DNA from: an uncultured Chroococcidiopsis sp.
Lineage (GTDB): Bacteria > Cyanobacteriota > Cyanobacteriia > Cyanobacteriales > Chroococcidiopsidaceae
Direction: 5' to 3'
Assembly (NCBI GenBank): GCA_964248365.1
Contig: CAXTYC010000003.1
Span: forward strand, 160,001 to 224,000
DNA: 64,000 nucleotides
In this document: in pieces, positions 21,207 to 31,611 of the stretch
Numbering within the stretch: the stretch's first letter is position 1
Layout: every line of letters starts with the position of its first letter
Program-made: the position numbers and the translations under genes
Notes under the pieces: model-generated
Seen by the model: only the letters and a program-made list of their open reading frames with translations
What the model was told of the DNA's origin: nothing
The model's database searches: none

Positions 21207-21459
21207 GCCATAGCTCGATCAAGATTTGAATTTAATTGGACACTCAGGCAATAAATATTTAATATTTATTTGTTTTATGACACACCTATCAAGAAGCTAT
21301 TACTATAGCAGCCCTATCTAGTTTATGAAATACAAAGTAGGAGTTGCCATTAGTCAATAGTCAAAAGTCAGGAATCATTAACAAAATCCAAACGAAACTC
21401 GTACAGCTACCTAGCAAGATTTGACAAATCATTTAAGGTTACTATAGCTTTTACCAAAA

Positions 21460-21524
21460 TTGACGCTTGTTGATGTTTCTCTAGCAGCATCTACACACTT
21501 TCATGAGAAACCCACAAGCGTCAA
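21460..21524 (-). terminator. Long 3' stem-loop of petBD
   Basis: TTGACGCTTGT pairs with ACAAGCGTCAA and GTTTCTC with GAGAAAC, about 20 nt after the petD stop. Confidence 0.65.
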
Positions 21525-21544
21525 CACAAAGTTTTATGACCGAT

Positions 21545-22027
21545 TTAGAACAGTCCCAAAGTAAAAGATTTATCTATTGGGAAAGTAGCACCAATACCTA
21601 GCCACAAAGTAATCAATGTACCTAGTAGAAACACTGTGGTTGCTACTGGGCGGCGGAAGGGGTTTTGAAACTTATTGACGTTTTCAATAAACGGCACCAT
21701 GATTAGTCCCAATGGCACAGAAGCCATTATTAGTACCCCTAATAGCTTGTTGGGAACTGAGCGCAAAATCTGAAACACAGGGTATAAGTACCACTCTGGC
21801 AGAATTTCTAGGGGCGTAGCAAAAGGATTTGCTGGTTCGCCAACTATAGCAGGATCTAAAACTGACAAAGCGACGATACAGGCTCCTGTTCCCAGGATTA
21901 CAACAGGGAAAATGTACAACAAGTCATTAGGCCAAGCAGGTTCCCCATAGTAGTTATGACCCATGCCTTTGGCTAGTTTTGCACGTAATGTAGGATCGCT
22001 TAGATCGGGTTTCTTTAGGGTTCCCAT
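21545..22027 (-). CDS. petD: Cytochrome b6-f subunit IV
   Basis: [25 protein letters not shown]. Confidence 0.99.
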   Translation of the reverse strand: MGTLKKPDLSDPTLRAKLAKGMGHNYYGEPAWPNDLLYIFPVVILGTGACIVALSVLDPAIVGEPANPFATPLEILPEWYLYPVFQILRSVPNKLLGVLIMASVPLGLIMVPFIENVNKFQNPFRRPVATTVFLLGTLITLWLGIGATFPIDKSFTLGLF

Positions 22028-22136
22028 AGTTAAAGGTGTTCTCCTTAATTATTTTTTCAAGAGTCATTAGTCAGGAGTCATTTGCCTTTGAGTTTTCTAC
22101 AAAGAACAAATGACTTTTGACTGATGACAGTTTAGA

Positions 22137-22784
22137 TTACAATGGACCAGAAATGCCTTGCTTGCGAATCATCAAGAAGTGGAACAGCATGAAGACAGCA
22201 ATCAGCCAGGGCAAAACAAAGGTGTGGGCGCTGTAGTATCGAGTCAGAGTTGCCTGACCTACACTCGAACCGCCGCGCAGTAGGTCAGCGATTAGCGTAC
22301 CAACAACTGGAATTGCCTCTGGCACACCGCTGACGATTTTTACCGCCCAGTAGCCAATCTGATCCCAAGGCAAGGAGTAGCCAGTTACACCAAAAGAAAC
22401 GGTAATCACGGCTAGAGTTACACCTGTTACCCAAGTTAGCTCACGGGGCTTTTTAAAGCCGCCAGTTAGGTAAACGCGGAAGGTGTGCAGGATCATCATC
22501 AGCACCATCATGCTGGCAGACCAGCGGTGAACGGAGCGGATGAGCCAACCAAAGTTAACTTCTGTCATCAGATACTGTACAGAAGAGTATGCTTCGGCTA
22601 CGGTTGGCTTGTAGTAGAAAGTCATCGCAAATCCAGTAGCAAACTGGATCAAAAAGCAAACCAGGGTAATGCCGCCAAAGCAGTAAAAAATGTTGACGTG
22701 CGGAGGTACGTACTTACTGGTTACATCTTCAGCGAGAGCCTGAATCTCCAGACGCTCCTCAAACCAGTCGTAAACGTTTGCCAT
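22137..22784 (-). CDS. petB: Cytochrome b6
   Basis: [31 protein letters not shown]. Confidence 0.99.
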   Translation of the reverse strand: MANVYDWFEERLEIQALAEDVTSKYVPPHVNIFYCFGGITLVCFLIQFATGFAMTFYYKPTVAEAYSSVQYLMTEVNFGWLIRSVHRWSASMMVLMMILHTFRVYLTGGFKKPRELTWVTGVTLAVITVSFGVTGYSLPWDQIGYWAVKIVSGVPEAIPVVGTLIADLLRGGSSVGQATLTRYYSAHTFVLPWLIAVFMLFHFLMIRKQGISGPL

Positions 22785-23052
22785 AAAATCCAGAAGTTCC
22801 TAAAAATGGATTACGTTTGTTCAAACTCCCTATTCGCCGAACAGGGAGGGGTGCTTTTGTAAGGTTTGTTAATGGCTGGAAATCCAGTCAATTGATCTTG
22901 AGGTACAGTTTTGGTCAATCAAGCCAGTCAGCTAGACTTGACCTTTGTGCATCACTATCTATAAAAAAAGTAACATAGTCGAGAGGGTGATTTCATAAAT
23001 CGTTAAACGGTAAGTGAAATTAGGGCGGAGGGTGAAAGGAAGGAATTATTCG

Positions 23053-24303
23053 ATGCGGGGAAAATTTTCTTTGCGAGTTTTTCGGGTCGGACTTTTAATC
23101 GTACTGCCAATCTTGCTTGTCTTAAGCTGTTGGGCGAAACCAGCAGCGGCTTTGACAGATGAGCAAAAAATAGTGACGGAAGCTTGGCGAATTGTAAATC
23201 GTACCTACCTGGATAATACGTTTAATCATCAAAACTGGGCATCAGTGCGGCAGAAGATACTCCAGCAGCCGCTCAATGACTCTGAGGCGGCATACAAAGC
23301 GATCGAGCAAATGCTGGCTAGTTTGAATGAGCCATTCACGAGATTTTTGCGACCAGAGCAGTACCGGAGTTTACAGGTAAATACTTCTGGTGAATTGACA
23401 GGGGTGGGATTGCAAATTGCCCTAGATGCTAAAACAGGGATGCTAGAGGTAGTAGCGCCGATCGCCGGATCGCCAGCAGACAAAGCGGGAATTCAACCGC
23501 ATGATCGCATTTTACAAATTGACGGCATCCAGACCGCTCAAATTTCCCTAGACGAAGCCGCGACTCGGATGCGTGGAAAGGTTGGAAGTCGAGTTTCCCT
23601 GGTTCTAGAACGCAATGGCGAAACACAAAAAGAAATTCAACTGGTGCGCGATCGCGTCGCTGTCAACCCCGTAGTGGCTAACTTGTATACTCCCCCCAAA
23701 GGAGTACCAATTGGCTATATTCGCTTGACACAATTTAACGCCAACGCTGGGGTAGAAGTTGCTCATGCGATCGCTCGTTTAGAAAAGCAAGGAGCGGATG
23801 CATATATTCTTGATTTACGCAACAATCCAGGGGGTTTATTGCAAGCAGGAATTGAAATTGCTCGTCTGTGGTTAGAAGAAGGACCCATTGTTTACACCGT
23901 TAATCGTCAAGGCATCCAAGGCAGTTTTGAAGCCTTTGGATCAGCCCTTACTCAAGATCCACTAGTAGTTTTAGTAAATCAAGGTACAGCCAGTGCTAGT
24001 GAGATTTTGGCAGGGGCGCTGCAAGATAACGGTAGAGCCAAGATATTGGGAGAAACAACCTTTGGTAAAGGCTTAATTCAGTCCTTATTTGAACTATCAG
24101 ATGGTTCAGGAATGGCTGTCACCGTTGCTAAATACGAAACCCCCAAGCATCGAGATATTCACAAGCTAGGTATTAAACCAGATCTGATGGTTTCCTTAAA
24201 CCAACTCAGCCGCGAACAAATCGGTACTAGGGCAGATCAACAATATGAAGCAGCAGTAGAATTTTTGACAGGCAATTCGGTAATTGCTGCTGGCGCTGGG
24301 TGA
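23053..24303 (+). CDS. ctpA: Carboxyl-terminal processing protease (S41)
   Basis: PDZ domain, LDLRNNPGG, TASASEILAGAL, TFGKGLIQ; divergent from petB. Confidence 0.93.
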   Translation: MRGKFSLRVFRVGLLIVLPILLVLSCWAKPAAALTDEQKIVTEAWRIVNRTYLDNTFNHQNWASVRQKILQQPLNDSEAAYKAIEQMLASLNEPFTRFLRPEQYRSLQVNTSGELTGVGLQIALDAKTGMLEVVAPIAGSPADKAGIQPHDRILQIDGIQTAQISLDEAATRMRGKVGSRVSLVLERNGETQKEIQLVRDRVAVNPVVANLYTPPKGVPIGYIRLTQFNANAGVEVAHAIARLEKQGADAYILDLRNNPGGLLQAGIEIARLWLEEGPIVYTVNRQGIQGSFEAFGSALTQDPLVVLVNQGTASASEILAGALQDNGRAKILGETTFGKGLIQSLFELSDGSGMAVTVAKYETPKHRDIHKLGIKPDLMVSLNQLSREQIGTRADQQYEAAVEFLTGNSVIAAGAG

Positions 24304-24337
24304 AACAGAGGGGCGCTATAGCTAGAGGCTGGGGGCT

Positions 24338-24553
24338 AGCAAGTAGGGTGGGCAATGCCCACCTACATTCCTTTAATGGCTGCTAGAAGATTGGGTTCTC
24401 TGGAACTGGGGCTAATCGTTGGGCAATAAAATTAAATTCTCCCAAAATCTGATTGAGCAAGTAAGGTGGGCAATGCCCACCCTACTTTAGTGGCTGCTAG
24501 CGGATTGGTTCTCTGGAACTGGGGTTAATCGCTTGGCAGTAAAATTAAATTCT
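24338..24553. repeat. Diverged ~100 bp tandem duplication of a REP-like palindrome plus the 3' end of gene 24487-24990
   Basis: Copy 1 at 24338-24440, copy 2 at 24456-24553. Confidence 0.85.
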
Positions 24554-24990
24554 GTGGGAATTGTATTTAGGGTGAGCTTACCTGCTAAGTTTTCTTTCTG
24601 TACCAAGCTTTGAATGCTGACTTGTTGAGGTTGGTTATTACAAAGGGTTGAGCGGGGAACTGTACCTGCTAAAGTTAGTTGTTGATTACTTATTTTCCCT
24701 GTCAATGATGGTCTTTTTTCCCCAGATCTTGCTTGCTGGGCATTGCTGGAAGCTGGTAATAAAGAACCATTCAAATAAATACCTGATTGCTGAATATCCA
24801 ATAATAAGTTTGATGATTTTGGACAGTTGGGTAAATTTTGGGCGAGAGTAAGGCGGTACAAACCATCAATAGGTGCAGGAGCTTTTAAATTTGTTTCCCC
24901 GTAAGCAGTTACGACTTTAAACAAAATTAAAACTGAAGCGATCGCTACGGCGTAAAAGATTAAGGACTGGAATTTGAAATGATTTTTCAT
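24487..24990 (-). CDS. Hypothetical membrane-anchored protein coupled to the antiporter gene
   Basis: N-terminal TM, YGETNLKAP, IQQSGIYLNGSL; 4-bp overlap with upstream gene. Confidence 0.75.
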   Translation of the reverse strand: MKNHFKFQSLIFYAVAIASVLILFKVVTAYGETNLKAPAPIDGLYRLTLAQNLPNCPKSSNLLLDIQQSGIYLNGSLLPASSNAQQARSGEKRPSLTGKISNQQLTLAGTVPRSTLCNNQPQQVSIQSLVQKENLAGKLTLNTIPTEFNFTAKRLTPVPENQSASSH

Positions 24991-27182
24991 GCTTCAACTG
25001 AGGGCTGATTTGAGTCAATATTTGCTTCGCTATTTGTCTGAAGCATCATAGAAGTGAGGTGAGCAGTAACTTGACTGTAGCGGCGGGTAATTAATAAAGA
25101 AGAGTGGCATTGATTGGCTAGCTGGTCTGCACCGCGCCCCAAAGTTTGGCGCTCAATTCCCCAAGCACGACTAGTACCAGCAATCGTCAAATCAACATTT
25201 GCTGATGCTTCTACTACAGCCGCAATTGGCTCTGGTGCTTCTATAGTTTTAATGTTGATGCGATCGCGCACACGGTCGGGCAATTGCTCTAGCATAGTTC
25301 TAAACTCATTGCTCAATTCAATCTGAGCCTGACCAGAAGATGCTACCCGTAAAATTAACAAACCAGTTGTATCATTATTAACCAGCAGTCGCAAAGCAAT
25401 TACTAGTGCTAAATCATCGTGAATATTGCCAGAATAAGGCACTAATATACTTTCTAAGCGCTCTTGTCCTCGGTCTATAAATACCGCCACATCGACGGGT
25501 ACAGTACTAAGAATTTGACCAACTCGCCCACCTAAGCGATTTTTATTAAAAGCTGGGCGATGCCATCCTAGTAGTATTAAATTAGCCTGGTCGAGAACAG
25601 CAATTTGTGCTGTTGCCCTTGCTACATCATTGCTAACACGCACAATTGGATGTACACAAGAGCGTACATTAGCGGGTTCTAGAGTTTGAATTAATTGTTC
25701 TAGCTGTTGGCGACGATTTTGAATTAAGCGATCTGCCTCAACAGGCGTACTATTAAAGGCATAGTCTTCTTGTAGTTCAATCAGACTCAACGGGTGAACA
25801 ACGGCTCTTTGCAGGCGATTACCAGCGATCGCAACGGCTAGCTGCATCAATCCTTTTTGGGTACTTGGATTGGCTACAGGCACTAAAATTCGATAGGTAG
25901 CGGCAGTTTCTTCTGATACTTGATCCTCTGGTTCCGGTTCTACTAGATCTAACTTGATCAGCCGTTTTGGATAAGTCCACTCTAGCAATGGGGAAGTCAT
26001 GAATGTTGTCACCAGTGCCATAATCACCAGCATGGTAAACAGCAAGGGTGAAATCACACCCAGACTTAACCCGATGTTGAGTACAATTAGCTCAGTCAAG
26101 CCTCTTGTATTCATTAGCCATCCAAGGGCTGAAGCTTCCCGATTTTCGATGCCACTAACACGAGCTGCTACATAAGTACCGATATACTTACCAGCGATCG
26201 CTACTGCCAAGATAATTGCACACAGTAGCCATAATTGAGGTCGGTTGAGTAAACCGATTTGTGTCCGCAAGCCACTGTAGGCAAAAAAGACTGGTAGCAG
26301 AAAAATCAAAACAAAATCTTCGGTTTTCTGGGCTATCTCTCGCACCAAATCTTCATTTTTGGGCATGACTGCGCCTAGCAAGAAAGCCCCAAAGATTAGA
26401 TGAATGCCAATTATTTCAGTAATGAGGGCGGAAGCAACCACACCCATGTAAATCCCAGCCAGGAGTAACTGATTAAGTCGTCCGCTACGGAGGTAGTAAG
26501 TGGCAACTCTTTTGAGAAACCAACGCCCTACCGTCACCATGAAGCCGATGTAGAGCAAAGCTTCGATAATGGTAGGGAAAGCACCGACAAAGCTACCAGT
26601 ACGGGCAACAGCGATCGCAAGCGCTAATATACACCAAGCAGTCACATCATCCACTGCCGCGCACGTCAGCGCCAAAGTACCTAAGCGCGTCCTTTGCAGA
26701 TTGTTCTCAGTAATGATCCGCGCCAGAACTGGAAACGCTGTAATTGACATCGCTGCCCCTAAGAACAAAGCAAAGGCGGTAAACGAGACACTGGAATTAG
26801 AAACTAAAGGATAAAGCAGTAGGGCTGAAAGAGTTGCCAAGGCAAAAGGGACAATGATACTGACATTAGAAGTTAAAATTGCTACCTCTAGCTGCCCACT
26901 CAGATATTTTGGATTTAGCTCTAGCCCAATCAAGAACATGAAAAAGATCAACCCTACCTGAGACAGCACATTCAGAAAGGGAATTGTTTGTGCTGGAAAC
27001 AGGGCTGCTGCTAAATCGGGGGCAATTAAGCCAAATAGCGATGGTCCTAGCATAACCCCCGCCACAATCTCGCCAATCACCAACGGTTGCTTAATCCATC
27101 GACATCCCAACCCTACAAGCCGCGAGAGTCCAATCACAATCAGCACTTCAATCAGAACGAGAACGACTGTATCAAGGTGCAT
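24987..27182 (-). CDS. Cation:proton antiporter (CPA2) with C-terminal USP-like domain
   Basis: QPLVIGEIVAG, SITAFPVLARI, AAVDD, MNTRGLTELI; RILVPVANP tail. Confidence 0.93.
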   Translation of the reverse strand: MHLDTVVLVLIEVLIVIGLSRLVGLGCRWIKQPLVIGEIVAGVMLGPSLFGLIAPDLAAALFPAQTIPFLNVLSQVGLIFFMFLIGLELNPKYLSGQLEVAILTSNVSIIVPFALATLSALLLYPLVSNSSVSFTAFALFLGAAMSITAFPVLARIITENNLQRTRLGTLALTCAAVDDVTAWCILALAIAVARTGSFVGAFPTIIEALLYIGFMVTVGRWFLKRVATYYLRSGRLNQLLLAGIYMGVVASALITEIIGIHLIFGAFLLGAVMPKNEDLVREIAQKTEDFVLIFLLPVFFAYSGLRTQIGLLNRPQLWLLCAIILAVAIAGKYIGTYVAARVSGIENREASALGWLMNTRGLTELIVLNIGLSLGVISPLLFTMLVIMALVTTFMTSPLLEWTYPKRLIKLDLVEPEPEDQVSEETAATYRILVPVANPSTQKGLMQLAVAIAGNRLQRAVVHPLSLIELQEDYAFNSTPVEADRLIQNRRQQLEQLIQTLEPANVRSCVHPIVRVSNDVARATAQIAVLDQANLILLGWHRPAFNKNRLGGRVGQILSTVPVDVAVFIDRGQERLESILVPYSGNIHDDLALVIALRLLVNNDTTGLLILRVASSGQAQIELSNEFRTMLEQLPDRVRDRINIKTIEAPEPIAAVVEASANVDLTIAGTSRAWGIERQTLGRGADQLANQCHSSLLITRRYSQVTAHLTSMMLQTNSEANIDSNQPSVEA

Positions 27183-27404
27183 AATTTCTCCTCAAGTGCC
27201 TGCTGTCACTACAATAATCTGAAAATGAAGAGGCTAGGGGCGCTCTTGCTAGGGGCTAGGGGCTAGAAAAAAGGGTAAAGAGGTATTGCGGTCAAGAGTA
27301 AAGGTTGAAGGTTGAAGGATAAAGGTTGAAATTTCACACTTCATACTTCGCACTTCATACTTGTTCTCCCCCTGCTCAAAGTGCTCAAAGTGCTAAAGTG
27401 CTCC

Positions 27405-29345
27405 CTACAGTTGGGGTATACTCCAAAGGTTGATTGTGCCATTACCAGTGGCGCTAACAAGGGTTTGTCCATTAGGAGTGAAGGCAACAGAATTAATATA
27501 TTCTGAATCTTCAGTGAAGTATCCTATCAGGGTGCGTAGTAGTTGACCTGTTTCTAAATTCCACAGCTTGATTGTTTGATTGCTACTGTTGCTAGCAAGA
27601 GTTTTCCCATCACGGCTGATGGCGACAGAAGTCACTACGCTTGAATGCCCTATCAAGGTACGAATCATACCTGTATTTAGATTCCACAGCTTGATTGTCC
27701 CATCACTACTGCCACTGGCAAGGTGTCCATTGGGGCTAATAGCGATTGAAAATACGTTTTCAGCTCCAGTTAGGGTACGAATCAGTTTACCCGTCTTGAG
27801 ATTCCACAGCTTGATTGTCTCATCACTACCGCCACTGGCAAGGGTTTGTCCATCGGGGCTAATAGCGACCGAATTAACATCGCCAGAATGTCCAGTCAGG
27901 TTATCAAGCAGTTTGCCTGTTTTGAGATTCCACAGCTTGATTGTCTCATTGCTACTGCCACTAGCGATCGCTTGCCCATTTGGGCTGATGGCGACCGAAT
28001 TAACATGGTATAAATTTCCAGTTAGGGTACGAATCAGGTTGCCTGTATTGAGATTCCACAGCTTGATTGTCCCATCACCACCGCCACTGGCAAGGCTTTG
28101 CCCATCTGGGCTGATTGCGATACTGTGAACATGACCGGAATGCCCAGTCAAAAGACGCAGCAGTTTGCCTGTATTCAGATTCCGCAGCTTGATTACCCCA
28201 TCACCAGTACCAATGGCAAACTTTTGCCCATCTGGAGTTATGGCGACCGAATTAAAGTTGGCAAAGTTGTTTCCTGTAAGGCTCACAGGGACGGGATGAA
28301 CATCAGTAGAATTTCCAGTAAAGGCTCTTTGTAGAAAAATACTACTAGGCAAGCTCCTAATGACAGCTTGTGGCTGTGCCGGAAAAACTCCATAGCGAAT
28401 AAATCCATAGACTTGAGTTAACAGTAAACAAGATAAAAGTATTGCACTTGCAAGTAATATATTTTTAAGTTTTATAAATTGTTGCTTTGGTCTTTTTGGT
28501 GGTAGCAGCCGCACACGGGTATTATTAAAATCCTCAGAACCGTGTAAGTTCTGTAAGTCATGCAGTACTTCGTCTGCCGATTGGTAGCGATCGCCTACGT
28601 AAGAACGCACCATCTTGTCTAAAATGATTGCAAGATCGGGGTTAACCTGTGCATACTCATGCCATATAACTTCGCCGCGCGAGTTTTCCTGTAATTCGCT
28701 TGGGGTTATTCCAGTTAAAGCTTGAATCGCTGTCATACCCAAAGCATAAATATCACTGCTAAAGCATGGCTTGCCTCTAGCTTGTTCACTGGGCATATAG
28801 CCTGGTGTCCCAATCACCCGTGTCAAGGTTTTACCTAACACCTGGAGATGGACTTGCTTAACTGCACCAAAGTCAATTAAAACAATCTTTCCGTCTTTGT
28901 ACCGTCGCATCAAATTACTCGGTTTGATGTCTCGATGAATTACCTGGCGCTGGTGTATAAAACTCAAAATCCCCAGCACATCCAAAAGAATATTTACTAC
29001 CTCACTTTCTGGCAGTCGCTGACGGTCTGAAAGTACTGCACTTAGAGGATAGCCTTCAACGACTTCTTGTACTAAATAAAATTCTCCATTTGCTTTAAAA
29101 TAGTCCAGCAAGTCGGGGATCTGGTCGTTTTCTCGACCCAACTTTTCTAGAGTTTTTGCCTCGAATTCAAATAACCTTTCGACCTCTCGTAATGTAATTG
29201 AGTCTTGGCTGGCAGCCTGCAAGCGCTTAACTACACACTGCCTTTCCATTCGGCGGGTGTCTTGAGCAAGGTAAGTTTCGCCATAGTAGCCACGACCTAA
29301 TTGACTAATAATTCTGTAGCGTCCGTCCAGTAGTGTACCTAGCAT
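27405..29345 (-). CDS. Ser/Thr protein kinase with TM segment and WD40 propeller
   Basis: HRDIKPSN, LIDFG, GTPGY; about seven GH...IKLW repeats. Confidence 0.93.
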   Translation of the reverse strand: MLGTLLDGRYRIISQLGRGYYGETYLAQDTRRMERQCVVKRLQAASQDSITLREVERLFEFEAKTLEKLGRENDQIPDLLDYFKANGEFYLVQEVVEGYPLSAVLSDRQRLPESEVVNILLDVLGILSFIHQRQVIHRDIKPSNLMRRYKDGKIVLIDFGAVKQVHLQVLGKTLTRVIGTPGYMPSEQARGKPCFSSDIYALGMTAIQALTGITPSELQENSRGEVIWHEYAQVNPDLAIILDKMVRSYVGDRYQSADEVLHDLQNLHGSEDFNNTRVRLLPPKRPKQQFIKLKNILLASAILLSCLLLTQVYGFIRYGVFPAQPQAVIRSLPSSIFLQRAFTGNSTDVHPVPVSLTGNNFANFNSVAITPDGQKFAIGTGDGVIKLRNLNTGKLLRLLTGHSGHVHSIAISPDGQSLASGGGDGTIKLWNLNTGNLIRTLTGNLYHVNSVAISPNGQAIASGSSNETIKLWNLKTGKLLDNLTGHSGDVNSVAISPDGQTLASGGSDETIKLWNLKTGKLIRTLTGAENVFSIAISPNGHLASGSSDGTIKLWNLNTGMIRTLIGHSSVVTSVAISRDGKTLASNSSNQTIKLWNLETGQLLRTLIGYFTEDSEYINSVAFTPNGQTLVSATGNGTINLWSIPQL

Positions 29346-29426
29346 TATATTTAATTTATGCAATAGCGATCGCTCATCCATCATTATCTAATGGCGGTGT
29401 TTAATTGAATTTCTTGGAGTTGTTGC

Positions 29427-30113
29427 TCATTCTATTTCCTTGTAACCTGGCTTTTGCGACGCTAACTTATCAGCAATGCGCGTAGTTTCTGGCAACCGAT
29501 ATTTAGGTGTGCAACGCAATACGTAATCAATAGCAGTAGTTAGACTTATCCGATGTCCACTGGAAACATACACAGGTTTTGTCCCAGTGCGTGTGCGTAG
29601 CACTGCGCCAATTGTTTCACCCCTATTTAGCAGCGGTTGCCAACTGCCTTTTTCCTCTGGCACTTCCTGATGTTTACCAATCAGTAGAGACTTTGCTACA
29701 CCTATTGTTGGCATATCCAAAATTAGTCCTAAATGACTTGCAATACCAAATCGTCGGGGATGGGCAATACCTTGACCATCACATAAAATTAAGTCTGGTA
29801 TAATGTTGATTTTTTCTAGGGCATCTAGAACTGCTGGAATTTCTCGAAAAGATAGGAATCCAGGTACATAGGGAAAAGATGTAGGACGACGGGCGATCGC
29901 ATACTCAAGTAATTTCAAATCTGGAAAACTCAGAACGGCGAGGGCTGCACGGCTAATTGTACCTTCGGCTTCAAATCCCATATCCACCCCAGCTACATAC
30001 TGCACTGGTTCTGGGAAAGAGTCTGAGGTGATGATTTCTCCTCGCAGCTTTTCTTGAATGGCGATCGCTTCTTCAATTGTTAAAGCCCAGCCATGTCGTT
30101 GAGTAATTTTCAT
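29427..30113 (-). CDS. nfi: Endonuclease V
   Basis: VAGVD, PYVPGFLSFRE, DGQGIAHPRRFGIASH, GVAKS, RLPETTR. Confidence 0.97.
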   Translation of the reverse strand: MKITQRHGWALTIEEAIAIQEKLRGEIITSDSFPEPVQYVAGVDMGFEAEGTISRAALAVLSFPDLKLLEYAIARRPTSFPYVPGFLSFREIPAVLDALEKINIIPDLILCDGQGIAHPRRFGIASHLGLILDMPTIGVAKSLLIGKHQEVPEEKGSWQPLLNRGETIGAVLRTRTGTKPVYVSSGHRISLTTAIDYVLRCTPKYRLPETTRIADKLASQKPGYKEIE

Positions 30114-30233
30114 TGTTTATTAAAATCTATAGCAATCCGCGCATCATTTGTGAACAGCTATTAGTAGGGTGGGCATTGCCCACCCTACCTATAAATTTCT
30201 GCTATATCTTAAAGTAAAAATAGATCTAATTTA

Positions 30234-30300
30234 TCGCGCAATAGACTTGGACACAAGCGATAGCGGGTTTCCCGACAGGAGGCAAAGTGTCCGCCCAAAG
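30234..30300 (+). repeat. Short dispersed element with conserved flanks and variable core (second copy 63635-63690)
   Basis: TCGCGCAATAGACTTGGACAC-core-AAAGTGTCCGC(C/G)CAAAG at both loci. Confidence 0.8.
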
Positions 30301-30319
30301 ACGCTAAGTTTTTTTAAAG

Positions 30320-31375
30320 TCAAGTTATTAAAGCACTCAAAGTTTGGTTAATACTGGTATCAGATATGTCTGGCAAAGATAGGACTTTTTCTACATTGGT
30401 AAAATCTCTTTCTATTGATTTGAAATAAGTAGTATCGTAATGGTATAATAGCAAATTTTTAATAAAGTCTTCCCAGTTACTATTGTCTATTAACTGATAC
30501 CAATAATTTAATTTTTGTTTACCATATCGAGATTTTAGTCGTTCAAGTTTTGCTTTTAAGAAATGGGGATTGTTTTTTAAGTAAGGATATTCTTTTAAGA
30601 GAAATTGAACTCTACTATCTAATGGCAGTTGAATTTCTATCCCCGTTGCTTGTTTCATTTTATGCCATAAAGATGGAGGTAAATGAACTTGTCCAATTTT
30701 GTTACTTTCTGACTCTAGCCAAACAATTTTATTAGAATCAAATTGTTGCAGTTGTTGTAAAAGTAGAGATTCAAAGTACTTTTGTGAAGGTTGGGGAGTA
30801 GGTGAGTCTTGCCATTCTTCACCTAGTAGCGAACCGCGATGATTGGCTAGTGCTTCTAAGTCAAGTACTTGAGCGCCACGTTGCTGTAATTGGCGTAAAA
30901 TATGTGTCTTGCCACTTCCCGTTAGACCACACAATACTTTATAGGTATATTTGGCTGGTAAATCTTCTAATTGTTGGCGCACATAAGCCCGATAAGTCTT
31001 ATATCCACCTTCGACGACTGTAACCCGCCAGCCGATTTGTCCGAGTACCGTAGCCATACTATTAGAACGCTGTCCACCCCGCCAGCAGTAAATTAGTGGT
31101 TTATAGTCCTTGTCTTTTGAGGCAAAGTGTGCATCTAAATGTTGTGATATGTTCTTGGCTACCAAGACCGCGCCTGTTTTGCGGGCGGAGAAGGGGTTGA
31201 TTTGTTTGTATATGGTTCCTACCTGGGCGCGTTCAATGTCATCCAAAACGGGCAGGTTGATTGCACCTGGGATATGATCCAGGGCATATTCGACCGGGGA
31301 ACGAACATCAATAATTTCGCTGTAGGTTTCTGCCCAAGGCTGTTGGGTATATATCGGAAGTGGCATTACAGTCAA
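30320..31375 (-). CDS. mnmH: tRNA 2-selenouridine/geranyl-2-thiouridine synthase
   Basis: Rhodanese IDVRSP...HIPGA, YCWRGGQRS; P-loop GLTGSGKT; LANHRGS; ESESNKIG. Confidence 0.95.
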   Translation of the reverse strand: MTVMPLPIYTQQPWAETYSEIIDVRSPVEYALDHIPGAINLPVLDDIERAQVGTIYKQINPFSARKTGAVLVAKNISQHLDAHFASKDKDYKPLIYCWRGGQRSNSMATVLGQIGWRVTVVEGGYKTYRAYVRQQLEDLPAKYTYKVLCGLTGSGKTHILRQLQQRGAQVLDLEALANHRGSLLGEEWQDSPTPQPSQKYFESLLLQQLQQFDSNKIVWLESESNKIGQVHLPPSLWHKMKQATGIEIQLPLDSRVQFLLKEYPYLKNNPHFLKAKLERLKSRYGKQKLNYWYQLIDNSNWEDFIKNLLLYHYDTTYFKSIERDFTNVEKVLSLPDISDTSINQTLSALIT

Positions 31376-31611
31376 ATTGCATCTTTCTCGATTTTGACAC
31401 TTTCACAGCTTTGATTGTCTAAAGCTTTAATCTGGTTTCTAGTTTCCACAGCGATGCCTACGAGGTTATTGGAGGTTCTACCTCCCAATTCGGATTGAGA
31501 TGAATCTAAGGAAAAGATCGAGCGATCGCCTAAAAAAATTTTAGTAAATGTTTATCATGCTCTCATAGCTGGGAATCCTTAGATTACAAGATACTTCCTA
31601 AGCTTCTAGCT

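Noticed and set aside
24338..24553. Possible DGR template/variable repeat pair
   Set aside because: Mismatches are not confined to adenines, include indels, and no reverse transcriptase is present.
27540..28260. Regularly spaced repeats resembling a CRISPR array
   Set aside because: The 126-bp period is in-frame WD40 coding sequence; spacers are homologous and no cas genes are present.
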